From Candidatus Hodarchaeota archaeon (GTDB lineage: Archaea > Asgardarchaeota > Lokiarchaeia > Sigyniarchaeales > SOKP01), in assembly GCA_048887225.1 (NCBI GenBank), contig JBHLJY010000003.1:96001-160000 (forward strand): a DNA stretch of 64,000 nt, read 5' to 3'. Shown here piece by piece: positions 19,574 to 29,653 of the stretch. Both the position numbers and the translations under genes were made by a program. The notes below the pieces were generated by a model. That model ran no database searches, had not been told where the DNA came from, and saw nothing but the letters and a program-made list of their open reading frames with translations. Position 1 is the first letter of the stretch, and every line of letters begins with the position of its first letter.

Positions 19574-21398
19574 AAAGGATTCAAATACTGGGTATATTTC
19601 AAGAATTCGTGGTTCGCTGATTGAAGTAAAAGGATTAGAAAATGAAATACGCCTTAATGATTTAATTAGAATCTCTAAACATAATATTAAGGGTCAAGTT
19701 ATTCAAATTTACTCAGATCATATTATTGCGCAGTGTTTTGAAAGTACTTCAAATTTAGAATTAAGAGAGAAAGTTGAAAATCTCCATAAACCATTATCTA
19801 TGGAATTGGCTCCTGGATTATTATCTAACATTTTTGATGGTATTCAACGACCTTTAAAAGAGGCTTTTGCATATTCTAAAAATGAAGGCTTTTTAGAGAG
19901 AGGTCTAAATTTGCCCCCTTTATCAAGAACGAAAAAATGGTTTTTTAAACCTCTAAAAAAGCAAAACGATTATGTTATTGGTGGAGATATATTAGGAACT
20001 GTACAAGAAACAGATTTAATTGAACATAGAATAATGGTACCTCTAGGTGGAGATGGAAAACTAATAAGTATTGTTAAAGAAGGAGAATTTACAATCATAG
20101 ATGAAATATATAGAATAAAACAAAAAAATAAGGAAAAATCTTATAGTATGCTTCAAAGTTGGCCAATTACAAAAAGTAGACCATATACTAAACGAGTTTC
20201 ACCTAAAGAACCTTTAATTACGGGAATTCGAGTAATAGATCTATTATTTCCTGTAGTAAAAGGAGGTACAGTCGCAGTTCCTGGTGGATTTGGAACAGGT
20301 AAGACAGTTATTCAACAATCTTTAGCTAAATGGTGTAATGCAGATGTTATTCTTTTTATTGGATGTGGAGAACGAGGAAATGAAATTGCAGACGTATTAA
20401 AACAATTTTCAGAAATTATTGATCCTCAAAGTGGTCATCCTTTATTGGAACGTATAGTACTAATAGCAAATACCTCAAATATGCCTGTTTCTGCTCGTGG
20501 GGCAAGTATTTTTTCTGGAGTTACAATAGCAGAATATTATAGAGATATGGGATATGATGTCGCGGTTTTAGCAGATAGTACTTCAAGATACGCAGAGTCT
20601 TTAAGAGAAATTTCTGGTTTGCTGGAAGAAATGCCTGCAGAAGAAGGATATCCCGCATATTTTCCCTCAAAACTTTCAAATTTTTATGAAAGAGCAGGTG
20701 TAATAAAAACTTTAGGGAATTATGCTTCTGGCGAAGAAAAATTTGGTTCTTTGACTATAATTGGTACAATATCCCCCCCATCAGGAGATTTTAGTGAACC
20801 TATTACATCAACAACCAAACGTTTTGTGCAAGCTTTCTGGGCATTAGATGCAAACTTGGCCTATAGCAAGCATTATCCTGCTATTAATTGGCTTGAATCA
20901 TATTCAAATTATCCTGAATATATTGAAGATTGGTGGTTTGAAAGAGATATTGATTGGTCAGAAATAGATATTGATTGGTTAGAATGCCGAAAACAAGTTA
21001 ATGAAATTTTATCTATAGAAAATGATTTAAAAAATGTAGTACAATTAATAGGAGAAGAAAACCTACCAGAGTCTCAACAATTAGATCTATTTATTGCGAA
21101 AATTATTAAAAACGGATTTTTAATTCAGAATGCTTTTGATACTATTGATAATTATACAAATATTCAGAAATTATTAGGACTCATAAAAATAATTCTTTTA
21201 TTGTATCACCAAGGTAAGGATCTTTTGAAACAAGGATTTATTGTTGAAGATATTAAAGATTTAGAGATACTTAACGATATCTTAAGAATCAGCCATACAA
21301 TTCCGAATAATAATTTTACCAATATAGTCAAAGTAAGAAATAAATTATTAAATGAAATTGAGACATTAAAATTATCGTCGCGGGCGATTAGAAAATAA
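19560..21398 (+). CDS. atpA: A/V-type ATPase catalytic subunit A
   Basis: [31 protein letters not shown]. Confidence 0.97.
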   Translation: MTESEKDSNTGYISRIRGSLIEVKGLENEIRLNDLIRISKHNIKGQVIQIYSDHIIAQCFESTSNLELREKVENLHKPLSMELAPGLLSNIFDGIQRPLKEAFAYSKNEGFLERGLNLPPLSRTKKWFFKPLKKQNDYVIGGDILGTVQETDLIEHRIMVPLGGDGKLISIVKEGEFTIIDEIYRIKQKNKEKSYSMLQSWPITKSRPYTKRVSPKEPLITGIRVIDLLFPVVKGGTVAVPGGFGTGKTVIQQSLAKWCNADVILFIGCGERGNEIADVLKQFSEIIDPQSGHPLLERIVLIANTSNMPVSARGASIFSGVTIAEYYRDMGYDVAVLADSTSRYAESLREISGLLEEMPAEEGYPAYFPSKLSNFYERAGVIKTLGNYASGEEKFGSLTIIGTISPPSGDFSEPITSTTKRFVQAFWALDANLAYSKHYPAINWLESYSNYPEYIEDWWFERDIDWSEIDIDWLECRKQVNEILSIENDLKNVVQLIGEENLPESQQLDLFIAKIIKNGFLIQNAFDTIDNYTNIQKLLGLIKIILLLYHQGKDLLKQGFIVEDIKDLEILNDILRISHTIPNNNFTNIVKVRNKLLNEIETLKLSSRAIRK

Positions 21399-22790
21399 AT
21401 GAGTGTGATATATAAAAAAATACAAGATATCGTTGGACCTTTGTTATTTTTAAAAAACGAGCATAATGTTAAATATGGTGAAATCATTAGAATTTATTCA
21501 GATGGAGGAAATGTACGTACGGGTCAAGTTGTAGAAATAAGTGAAGAGATAATTATAGTAGAAGTTTTTGAAGATACAAGCGGAATATCTTCAGAAAATT
21601 CTGAAATATTCTTTACAAACGATACCTTTAAAATAAAAATATCGGTTGATATGGCTGGTCGAACTTTTAATTCATTAGGCCAATCGATTGATCTTAAAAC
21701 TAAATCCATTTTAAAATCAGATATTTTAACTGATGTGGAAAGAGATATTAATAGTAAACCAATTAATCCTTTTGCAAGAGAATATCCATCAGATGTTATT
21801 CAAACTGGTATATCCACAATAGACGGTTTATTTACTTTGATAAGAGGTCAGAAGCTTCCTATTTTTAGCGGACAAGGCTTACCACATGATAAATTAGCGG
21901 CTCAAATTGCCACTCAAGCAAAAGTATTGACAGAAGAGCCATTTTTAATTATTTTTTGTGGAATTGGAATTCTTCAAGATGAGGCAATTTATTTCATAAA
22001 TCGATTCAAGGAGAGTGGAAACATTCAGAATATTATTTCTTTTATTAATTTTTCTGACGATCCAATAATGGAAAGATTAATTATTCCAAGAGTAGCCTTA
22101 ACAACTGCAGAATACTTCGCGTTTGAACAAGAAATGCATGTTTTAGTAATTTTAATAAATATGACAAATTATGCAGAAGCTCTTAGAGAATTAAGCGCAG
22201 CCAAAGAAGAAGTACCGAGTAGAAAAGGATTTCCTGGATACCTTTATTCTGATTTCGCCTCTTTATTCGAAAGAACGGGAAAAATAAAAGGCAGGAATGG
22301 ATCAATAACTCAGATCGCTATTTTAACCATGCCAAACGATGATATTTCACACCCTATACCTGATACAACTGGTTATATTACCGAAGGGCAATTAGTTCTC
22401 AATAGAAATCTTCATAAGAAGGGGATTTATCCTCCTTTTGATGTTCTGGCATCTATATCCCGCCTAATGAAAGATTCCATTGGTAGGGAAACCACAAGGG
22501 AAGATCATGCTAGCATTAGCTCACAATTATTAGCGTCTTATGCAAAAGCCATTGAAATGAGAGATTTAATCTCTATAATTGGAGAAGATGGTTTAAATAT
22601 AGAACAATTAGATTTATTAAAATTTGGAGACGATTTTGAACAGAAAATTATGAATCAAGGAGCAAGCGAGAATAGAAATTTCTCAGACACATTTAAGATT
22701 ATATGGGAAGTATTATCTAGATTATCAAAAAATCAATTATTCAGAATCAATCAAAAATTTATAGAAAAATATTATCTTGAAGAGGTGTAA
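21399..22790 (+). CDS. atpB: A/V-type ATPase subunit B
   Basis: RGQKLPIFSG, NYAEALRE, MPNDDISHPIPD, GYITEGQ, SRLM. Confidence 0.97.
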   Translation: MSVIYKKIQDIVGPLLFLKNEHNVKYGEIIRIYSDGGNVRTGQVVEISEEIIIVEVFEDTSGISSENSEIFFTNDTFKIKISVDMAGRTFNSLGQSIDLKTKSILKSDILTDVERDINSKPINPFAREYPSDVIQTGISTIDGLFTLIRGQKLPIFSGQGLPHDKLAAQIATQAKVLTEEPFLIIFCGIGILQDEAIYFINRFKESGNIQNIISFINFSDDPIMERLIIPRVALTTAEYFAFEQEMHVLVILINMTNYAEALRELSAAKEEVPSRKGFPGYLYSDFASLFERTGKIKGRNGSITQIAILTMPNDDISHPIPDTTGYITEGQLVLNRNLHKKGIYPPFDVLASISRLMKDSIGRETTREDHASISSQLLASYAKAIEMRDLISIIGEDGLNIEQLDLLKFGDDFEQKIMNQGASENRNFSDTFKIIWEVLSRLSKNQLFRINQKFIEKYYLEEV

Positions 22791-22796
22791 ACCACA

Positions 22797-23447
22797 ATAA
22801 GTTTTAAAAAAATTAAGCCCACAAAAACTAATTTAATTACTTTACAGAGGAAATTAGATTTTGCGAATCGGGGCAAGAATTTTTTGGAGTTTAAACGAGA
22901 ACAATTAATTTTTCAGATAAAAAATTACTTCTCTAATTATAGAATACATCAAAAAAAATTCTTCTCAATATATAGAAACGCTTTGATTAAATTGAATCAA
23001 ACATATAGAGAAATGGGCAAATTTAATTTAGGCTTCATTAATGACTTGAGTAAGATTAGATTTAAACCCCTGGTTAATATAAATTATAAAAAAAAAGCTG
23101 GTATGATTATACCGCTAATTGATTATGAATTATTATTAGAAAAGCAACTCCCTTCATATTCTTTTGAAAATACGAGTCATTATCTTGATGAGTTAATTGA
23201 TATTTCAAAGAAATTTTTTGAAAAACTTATTGTCTTAGCAGAACTGGAAGATTTAATGTTAAAATTTACATATACTTTTAAAAAAATCAACAGAAGAATA
23301 AATAGCTTAGATAACATAATTATTCCCACTCTTCAATTAGATATAAAAAAAATTAAAGATATTATAGAAGAAAGCGAAAGAGAAGAATATGTTAGATTAA
23401 AAATTACAAAAGAAACAATATATAAAAAAAAATCCGTTAGGTTCTAG
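22797..23447 (+). CDS. atpD: A/V-type ATPase subunit D
   Basis: RRINSLDNIIIP, EESEREE. Conserved N-terminus KPTKTNL..LQRKLDFANRG lies upstream of TTG 22884; inferred ATA start at 22797. Confidence 0.88.
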   Translation: MSFKKIKPTKTNLITLQRKLDFANRGKNFLEFKREQLIFQIKNYFSNYRIHQKKFFSIYRNALIKLNQTYREMGKFNLGFINDLSKIRFKPLVNINYKKKAGMIIPLIDYELLLEKQLPSYSFENTSHYLDELIDISKKFFEKLIVLAELEDLMLKFTYTFKKINRRINSLDNIIIPTLQLDIKKIKDIIEESEREEYVRLKITKETIYKKKSVRF

Positions 23448-23452
23448 CCAAT

Positions 23453-25747
23453 ATGACAATTAAGAATCAGATGAGTTTAATCAATGTTGTTATTAAAAGA
23501 AATTATAAAAATCAACTTCTAACTCTGCTGTCTAGTTTAAATGCTGTTCATATAAAATCAAAATCTGAAGTTAAAAAAGAAATTGAAGGAGATAGAGCTT
23601 TTTCAGAGAAATTAAAAAATTTAAGACAAAATCTCGATTTATTATTTAAGAAAATTAGAATTAGCGATTCAGATTTTCAAGAATTAAAGATTAGTAGAAC
23701 CGAGCGCGTCGAATTTTTAGTAAAAGATTTACAAGAGTTATTAAATCATACTTTAGAAGAAATTAATTTTTTCTATAACCGTGTGGATGAATTAGAAAGA
23801 TATACTGTAAGAGCGAAAATAGAGTTAGAAAATTTAAATACGATTAATAGCTGTTATAATTTTTTAGATAAATTCAATTTGACGCGGGAAAGCTTATCCG
23901 CTTTAGATCAGTTTGGATTTAAGGTTTATACATCTTTTTCTAAAAATTTGCCTAATTTAAAAAATCTGTTTGAATTCACAGTATTTCCAAACATTTATCA
24001 ATATAATTTTATTTCTGATGACCGAATTGTTTTTTATGTAATGTATCCACAAGATAGAGAAAACGATTTAAAAGAACGAATAAGTATTATACATGCAGAA
24101 GAAATCCCAATTTTAAAAAAATATTTAACTCCTGAAGGAATTAACTTTACTAGAATTTCTAAAGAAATTGATTTAATAAAAAATTCCCTTTCAAAATACG
24201 CAAAAGAACTTCATCGCATCATAGAAAATAACTTACTTAAATTCGCTGCTATTAATGAAGTTGTTGAAAATATCGAAGAATATTCGTGGGCTTCCAAACA
24301 ATTTGAAGAATTATCATCAGGTCGTTTAGTTCTTAAATTCTTTGTTCCTATTGAAAAAAAACAGGAAGTCATTCTATATTTAAAGAAAAATTTGAAAAAA
24401 AATATAATAATCAACTCAATAGATATATCTAAAAAACGCATAATCAGCGATACTGGGGAATTTAAAGAAAAATACGAAGAATTAGAAGGAAGATACCCAT
24501 TGAATACTAGAACTTTGGATGAGAGTGGAAGAGAAATATCTAAAAGTGATACTGAAGAGGAAGATTTGCGGGAAAAAACTCCAACAGTTATGCATAATTT
24601 CTTTTTGTTTAGACCATTTGAGACATTAACAAAATTGTACGGAACTCCTTCTTATTCTGAAGTTGATCCAACTCCAGTTTTATTCTTTACCTTTCCTCTA
24701 TTATTTGGATTAATGTTTGGAGATATTGGTCATGGTATGTGTTTAATAATAGCAGGATTAATTGGAGCAATTACTTTTAGAAAACGAAAAAGAAATGATT
24801 TATATAATTTATGTTGGATTATATTCTGGTGTGGCTGGGGTGCTGTTTTAATTGGATTTTTATATGGAGAATTTTTTGGAATGCAAGAGATTCCGATTTT
24901 AGGACTTAAACTGCAGCCTGTTCCAATTTATGTCCCATTAATGGGATTCATTACTCTACATAATCCTTTAGATAATATAATGACTCTTTTTATCTTTGTG
25001 TTATTAGTTGGTGTATTTCATATTAACTTAGGATGGTTTATACAATTCTTAAATTATTGGAAGCAAAAACGTAAATATCTTGCTTTTACAGATTCATTAT
25101 GTAAAATTGCATTTTTAACTGGAGGTACTTGCTTAATTTTTATATTTGGACTAAATATTAACGTCTGGTTTGCTTTTCCATACCCTATTCTATTACCTTT
25201 AGTGCCAGGATTGTTATTAATAATATTAAAACCTCTAGGTAAAGTAATAAATATATCTTATTTAAGAGAAGATTCTTACGGCGAATTGTTAGGGGAAGGA
25301 TCGCTAGAAACATTCGAAACAGTTTTATCTGTTTTAAGTAATGTTGCCTCTTATATAAGACTATTAGCTTTAGCGTTAGCACATATTGCTTTGATGGTTG
25401 CGATTCAAGCAATGATAGGATTAATTCAAGGTGAAGGAATAGTATTTCAAATTCTAATTGTAATTGGATTAATTCTTGGAAACTTAGTTGTCATTTTAAT
25501 AGAAGGAATCCTTGTTTTCATTAACACAATAAGACTCCATTTTTACGAATTTTTCTTTAAATTTTATCAAGGGAAGGGTATTTTCTTTTTTCCTTTCTTT
25601 TTAGATGAAGATTATTCACATATATCCTTTAAAGTTGAGCTGGAAACGGATGTAATTTCTGAAGAAATAGAAAAAGAAATTGATACAAAGGAAACTAAAG
25701 AGGTAATTGACAAAGCCGTAAAATACATCTCTGATAAATTTTTTTAA
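23453..25747 (+). CDS. atpI: A/V-type ATPase subunit I (a)
   Basis: YGTPSYSEVDPT, FGLMFGDIGHG, SYIRLLAL (essential Arg), RLHFYEFF. Confidence 0.95.
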   Translation: MTIKNQMSLINVVIKRNYKNQLLTLLSSLNAVHIKSKSEVKKEIEGDRAFSEKLKNLRQNLDLLFKKIRISDSDFQELKISRTERVEFLVKDLQELLNHTLEEINFFYNRVDELERYTVRAKIELENLNTINSCYNFLDKFNLTRESLSALDQFGFKVYTSFSKNLPNLKNLFEFTVFPNIYQYNFISDDRIVFYVMYPQDRENDLKERISIIHAEEIPILKKYLTPEGINFTRISKEIDLIKNSLSKYAKELHRIIENNLLKFAAINEVVENIEEYSWASKQFEELSSGRLVLKFFVPIEKKQEVILYLKKNLKKNIIINSIDISKKRIISDTGEFKEKYEELEGRYPLNTRTLDESGREISKSDTEEEDLREKTPTVMHNFFLFRPFETLTKLYGTPSYSEVDPTPVLFFTFPLLFGLMFGDIGHGMCLIIAGLIGAITFRKRKRNDLYNLCWIIFWCGWGAVLIGFLYGEFFGMQEIPILGLKLQPVPIYVPLMGFITLHNPLDNIMTLFIFVLLVGVFHINLGWFIQFLNYWKQKRKYLAFTDSLCKIAFLTGGTCLIFIFGLNINVWFAFPYPILLPLVPGLLLIILKPLGKVINISYLREDSYGELLGEGSLETFETVLSVLSNVASYIRLLALALAHIALMVAIQAMIGLIQGEGIVFQILIVIGLILGNLVVILIEGILVFINTIRLHFYEFFFKFYQGKGIFFFPFFLDEDYSHISFKVELETDVISEEIEKEIDTKETKEVIDKAVKYISDKFF

Positions 25748-25774
25748 TTTAGATTTATCCCTATTGACTAAAAA

Positions 25775-26191
25775 ATGGAAACTATAAAAAGAAAGAATTC
25801 TAGAAAATGGTTTCAAAAAAAGATTATTTTAAAAACAATATTTTTATTCATTAGTGTTATTATTATTCTTTTTTTATTTGTGCTATTAAATGAATTGGGG
25901 GCTACTTCTCTTATTATTGTCTTAATATTTTTATTTGTGTTTGTAGTCTTTCTAGGTCCTTTTTTCATTAAGAAAAATAAAGGAAAATTTAAATTACAAC
26001 CACATTATTCCCGAATTTTTCCTTCAAAAATTAATACTGAAGTAAGACAAAAGGAAAATAGAGTAATAGATCTTGATACTAAATATCGAGAACCTTCAAA
26101 ACCACTAATCCTAAAATGTAATAAATGTAGAATGATTTTGCCTAGTTTTGTAAAAAAGTGTCCGCAGTGTGGTAAACCTGTTATAGAATAA
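25775..26191 (+). CDS. 2-TM membrane protein with C-terminal Zn ribbon
   Basis: Two hydrophobic helices; CNKC-x10-CPQCG. Confidence 0.75.
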   Translation: METIKRKNSRKWFQKKIILKTIFLFISVIIILFLFVLLNELGATSLIIVLIFLFVFVVFLGPFFIKKNKGKFKLQPHYSRIFPSKINTEVRQKENRVIDLDTKYREPSKPLILKCNKCRMILPSFVKKCPQCGKPVIE

Positions 26192-26235
26192 ATTTAAATT
26201 TAATGAGAAAAAATTTTAAATTAATTATTAATCAA

Positions 26236-26307
26236 GCGCTCGTAGTATAGTGGTTAGTATGCTGGGTTCCCAACCCCGCGACCCGGGTTCAATTCCCGGC
26301 GGGCGCA
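26236..26307 (+). tRNA. tRNA-Gly(CCC)
   Basis: GCGCTCG/CGGGCGC acceptor, loop TTCCCAA, GTTCAATT T-loop; one U-C mismatch in anticodon stem; CCA not encoded. Confidence 0.93.
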
Positions 26308-26320
26308 CCTTTTTATTTAC

Positions 26321-28510
26321 TTACCACGATAATCCTTTAATAAATCGTAAATCACTTATTAATGCTCTTGATTCTTGTGGAGGGACTTCCAAAAAGGCAT
26401 AAAACTCATTCTGCCAAAAGGCCTTGCCTGAAGTTGTTGACCGTATATCTTCTGTAAACCTAATTGAATTTCTAACAGGTAATAAAATTTCAATAATAGC
26501 TTGAAAATCATTTTCTTGATTTATTTCTTTTATTTTTGCCGAATATTTTGTTAATATAGAAACGACATTTTTAATATATTCAGGAGGAAGTTGAATAATA
26601 GTATGATAAATTGGCTCCATTAGGATAAGTTCTGCTTCATTTAGCGCTTTTTTAATTGCATCATAAAACATCGCAGATAATTCAGTAAAGGCTGTGGATT
26701 CATCGAATCTAATCATATTTAAATCTTTAATAATAATTTTAAGTTCTGTTAGTTTTTCTCCACATAACGGGCCATTCAGACTGATCTTTTCCACTATCTC
26801 AATTATATGATTTTTAAAAATGTCATCTAATTCCGTGGTTCCTTGATAAATCAATATATTTTGATGGTCATCGCATTTCCAAAAATTCTCAATTTCCTCG
26901 TTTGAAAGATTAGTATTTTGTGCTAATGCATCCTTTAATCTATCGACTGGTTTAAATGCTTTATAATCATGTGTTTGAAAAAATTTTAAAGATTTATTGT
27001 CTAATCTCTCAATTTTAAGTATTAAATTATTATCATTATTAGGAGATAATACTTTTATCTCTGATGATTGAGTTCTACATGACTCCTTAAAAACTGGTCT
27101 TGGTTCCGAAGTCGTAACTTTTACGCCTCTTTTCTCAATATCATTTGCTGTAATTTCAAGATGCAGCGGACCCATTCCAGATAGTAAGAATTCTCCATTT
27201 TCTTCATTAATTTCAAATTTGAGATTTGGATCTTCTATTAAAAAATTCTCAATTAACTCCTTCAATTTATCTAAATCTCTTAAATATTCTGGTTCTATGG
27301 AGACTGTAACTACCGGTGTGGTTACATATTTTACGTTTTCAAAAGGTATCATCTTGTCAATGTAATTGGGATCTACTATTGTTTCACCACTCCGAATCTC
27401 TTTAAGTCCTTCAAGAGCCACAATATTCCCAACTGGAATTGCATCAACTTGTTCTCTCCTTTGTCCCATAAATATTGCTATTCGTTGAATTGTCTCAAAA
27501 TTATTTTCTCTTAACAGAAAAACTTCTTTTTTATTGGTACATTGACCGGAAAAAATTCTTCCGGTTGCTACTAATCTATTCTTATCAGCCTGAACCTTGC
27601 TCAAACAAATAATTAATGGTCCACTACGATCACAAGATGTCATTGCATTTCCTACTTCTGAATTAATATCTCCTTCATAGATTTTCTCAATTCTATATTT
27701 TTGGGCTTCCTTTGGATTAGGAAGATGATTTACGACCATTTCTAATATAGCTTTATATATAGGAAAATAAATAGCTAAATCAGCATGTTTTTCTTTAGTG
27801 TATGTTTCTTTTTTATATCGTTCTTTAATATCCTTAAATTTTATATTACTCTTATCTAAAATTTTTGAGGTAAATCCCCATTTGTGAAGTGCTGACCCAA
27901 AAGCTACATTCCCAGTCGCAGGGGACACTTTCCATTCTTCATTAAAAGGCGGATCAGCATATCTTTCTAAAAGAGTATTGAAATCTTTAATAATTCTTAC
28001 ATATTTTTTTCTAATTGCCTCATCTGATAGTTTTAATTCTCGTATCAGGCGATCTACTTTATTAATAAAAAGCACAGGTTTGACACCCTCTTGTAAGGCT
28101 TGTCTTATTACCGTTTCTGACTGAGTTATTATTTCTTCGACAGCATCAACAACGACGACTACACCATCTACTAATCTTAAGGCACGAGTAACCTTACCAC
28201 TAAAATCTAGGTGTCCTGGTGTATCCACTAAATTTATTAAAAATGGCTCTCGCTCTTCTAACGTTTTCTCATAGTAAAGGGAAATATTGGTCGATTTCAT
28301 TGTAATACCGCGCTTTTGTTCTTCTTCGAGATAATCTAAAGCTCGAGCCTCTCCTGCTAAATCCGGACTCAATAATCCAGCTTCACTGAGAAGTGAATCT
28401 GTTAATGTAGTCTTTCCATGATCTATATGGCCAACAAAACCGATATTTCTAATATTGTGAGTTTTTTCCATTAAATTCAAAATTTCTGAAATCTCCTTAC
28501 GACGAGGCAT
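26321..28510 (-). CDS. fusA: elongation factor 2 paralog (aEF-2p type, no diphthamide HRG motif)
   Basis: GHIDHGKTT, RGITM, DTPGH, NKVD, SAL, GMGPLHLE intact; domain IV loop lacks HRG. Confidence 0.9.
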   Translation of the reverse strand: MPRRKEISEILNLMEKTHNIRNIGFVGHIDHGKTTLTDSLLSEAGLLSPDLAGEARALDYLEEEQKRGITMKSTNISLYYEKTLEEREPFLINLVDTPGHLDFSGKVTRALRLVDGVVVVVDAVEEIITQSETVIRQALQEGVKPVLFINKVDRLIRELKLSDEAIRKKYVRIIKDFNTLLERYADPPFNEEWKVSPATGNVAFGSALHKWGFTSKILDKSNIKFKDIKERYKKETYTKEKHADLAIYFPIYKAILEMVVNHLPNPKEAQKYRIEKIYEGDINSEVGNAMTSCDRSGPLIICLSKVQADKNRLVATGRIFSGQCTNKKEVFLLRENNFETIQRIAIFMGQRREQVDAIPVGNIVALEGLKEIRSGETIVDPNYIDKMIPFENVKYVTTPVVTVSIEPEYLRDLDKLKELIENFLIEDPNLKFEINEENGEFLLSGMGPLHLEITANDIEKRGVKVTTSEPRPVFKESCRTQSSEIKVLSPNNDNNLILKIERLDNKSLKFFQTHDYKAFKPVDRLKDALAQNTNLSNEEIENFWKCDDHQNILIYQGTTELDDIFKNHIIEIVEKISLNGPLCGEKLTELKIIIKDLNMIRFDESTAFTELSAMFYDAIKKALNEAELILMEPIYHTIIQLPPEYIKNVVSILTKYSAKIKEINQENDFQAIIEILLPVRNSIRFTEDIRSTTSGKAFWQNEFYAFLEVPPQESRALISDLRFIKGLSW

Positions 28511-28589
28511 ATTCTTTTATAAAATTATAACAAGGTTTATGTTTTAATCTAATTCTCCATGAGATTAAAGTTTTGGTATTAAAATAGGA

Positions 28590-28683
28590 GGGAAATGATT
28601 TTCAATTCACCACTCAAGATCTTCTACATTTATCGAAATCGATTTCAGATGGGTCAGAGAGTACATTTTAAAAATCATTTCCC
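28590..28683. repeat. 13-bp perfect inverted repeat enclosing a 12-bp palindrome (structured element)
   Basis: GGGAAATGATTTT (28590-28602) / AAAATCATTTCCC (28671-28683); GAAATCGATTTC at 28635-28646. Confidence 0.7.
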
Positions 28684-28702
28684 ATGGATAAATAAATAAA
28701 AA

Positions 28703-29335
28703 TTATAATTTAACCTCACCATCAATACGGACAATTCTTCCATCAATATGCAATCGATTATCACAAAATAATTCTATAGCTTTTGGAAATGCTTTATGCT
28801 CCCATTTTAATATTCTAGGTCCTAAAGTTTCTTTAGTATCCGTATCATAAACAGGTACGCATTTTTGAATAATAATAGGGCCATGGTCCGCATGGACGTC
28901 TACAAAATGGACTGTAACTCCTGAAACTTTTACACCATAAGCTAATGCATCTTCATGACCATGCATTCCTCGGAAAGATGGCAAAAGAGCTGGGTGAATG
29001 TTCATTACATTCCCGTTAAAATGTTTTATAAACAACTGACTTACTAACCGCATATATCCAACAAGTACAATAAGCTCGCATTCATATTCATCTAGTACTT
29101 TAATCATCTTTTGGTCAAATTCCTCTCTAGTACCTTTATGTTTGTCTGATTCTATCAGGAAATAAGGAATATTATGATTCTTAGCGCGTTCCAGACTATA
29201 TGCTCCAGCTTTATTGCATATTAATACCTCTACTGAAGCTTTGTCTTTTAAAATTCCAGTTTCGGTTGCTTGAACTATTGCTTCAAAATTTGAGCCACTA
29301 CCCGAAGCTATTGCACCAATTTTTAAAGTTGCCAT
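28703..29335 (-). CDS. purN: phosphoribosylglycinamide formyltransferase
   Basis: SGSGSNFEAI, GYMR, NIHPALLPSF, GVTVHFV..DHGPII.Q. Confidence 0.95.
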   Translation of the reverse strand: MATLKIGAIASGSGSNFEAIVQATETGILKDKASVEVLICNKAGAYSLERAKNHNIPYFLIESDKHKGTREEFDQKMIKVLDEYECELIVLVGYMRLVSQLFIKHFNGNVMNIHPALLPSFRGMHGHEDALAYGVKVSGVTVHFVDVHADHGPIIIQKCVPVYDTDTKETLGPRILKWEHKAFPKAIELFCDNRLHIDGRIVRIDGEVKL

Positions 29336-29653
29336 AATAGTATTTAATATTCAATTTAAAAAAAAATTGTATAAATTAATGCAGAAATGAAAATATAGCT
29401 TCTATTTAAATATAATCAAAAGATTTTTATTTGACAAGTATATATTTTACTTAGAAATTTAGAAATTGTTTTTTTAAATTTAATTCTCTTATAAAATAAG
29501 ATCCAAGAGAATTGTAAATTGTTTGTTCCGAAAATACCATTAACATATAATCAAAACATATTCACATATAAATGAACTTTATAGTGAAATAAATAATAAT
29601 TTCAATACATAATATCATGTTTAATTGTTTAATTTAAAATAGAGTGATGAAAT

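Noticed and set aside
22788-22796. AtpB-AtpD fusion by TAA readthrough (same frame)
   Set aside because: TAA is not a Sec/Pyl codon, fusing stator B to rotor D is mechanistically implausible, and SD + ATA explains it better
26262-26278. tRNA-Gly as a pseudogene because of the U-C anticodon stem mismatch
   Set aside because: A single mismatch with all other conserved positions intact is tolerated in functional tRNAs
28590-28683. SECIS element or C/D box sRNA
   Set aside because: The ATGA lies in a fully paired stem, there is no canonical C box, and no in-frame TGA selenoprotein candidate was seen nearby
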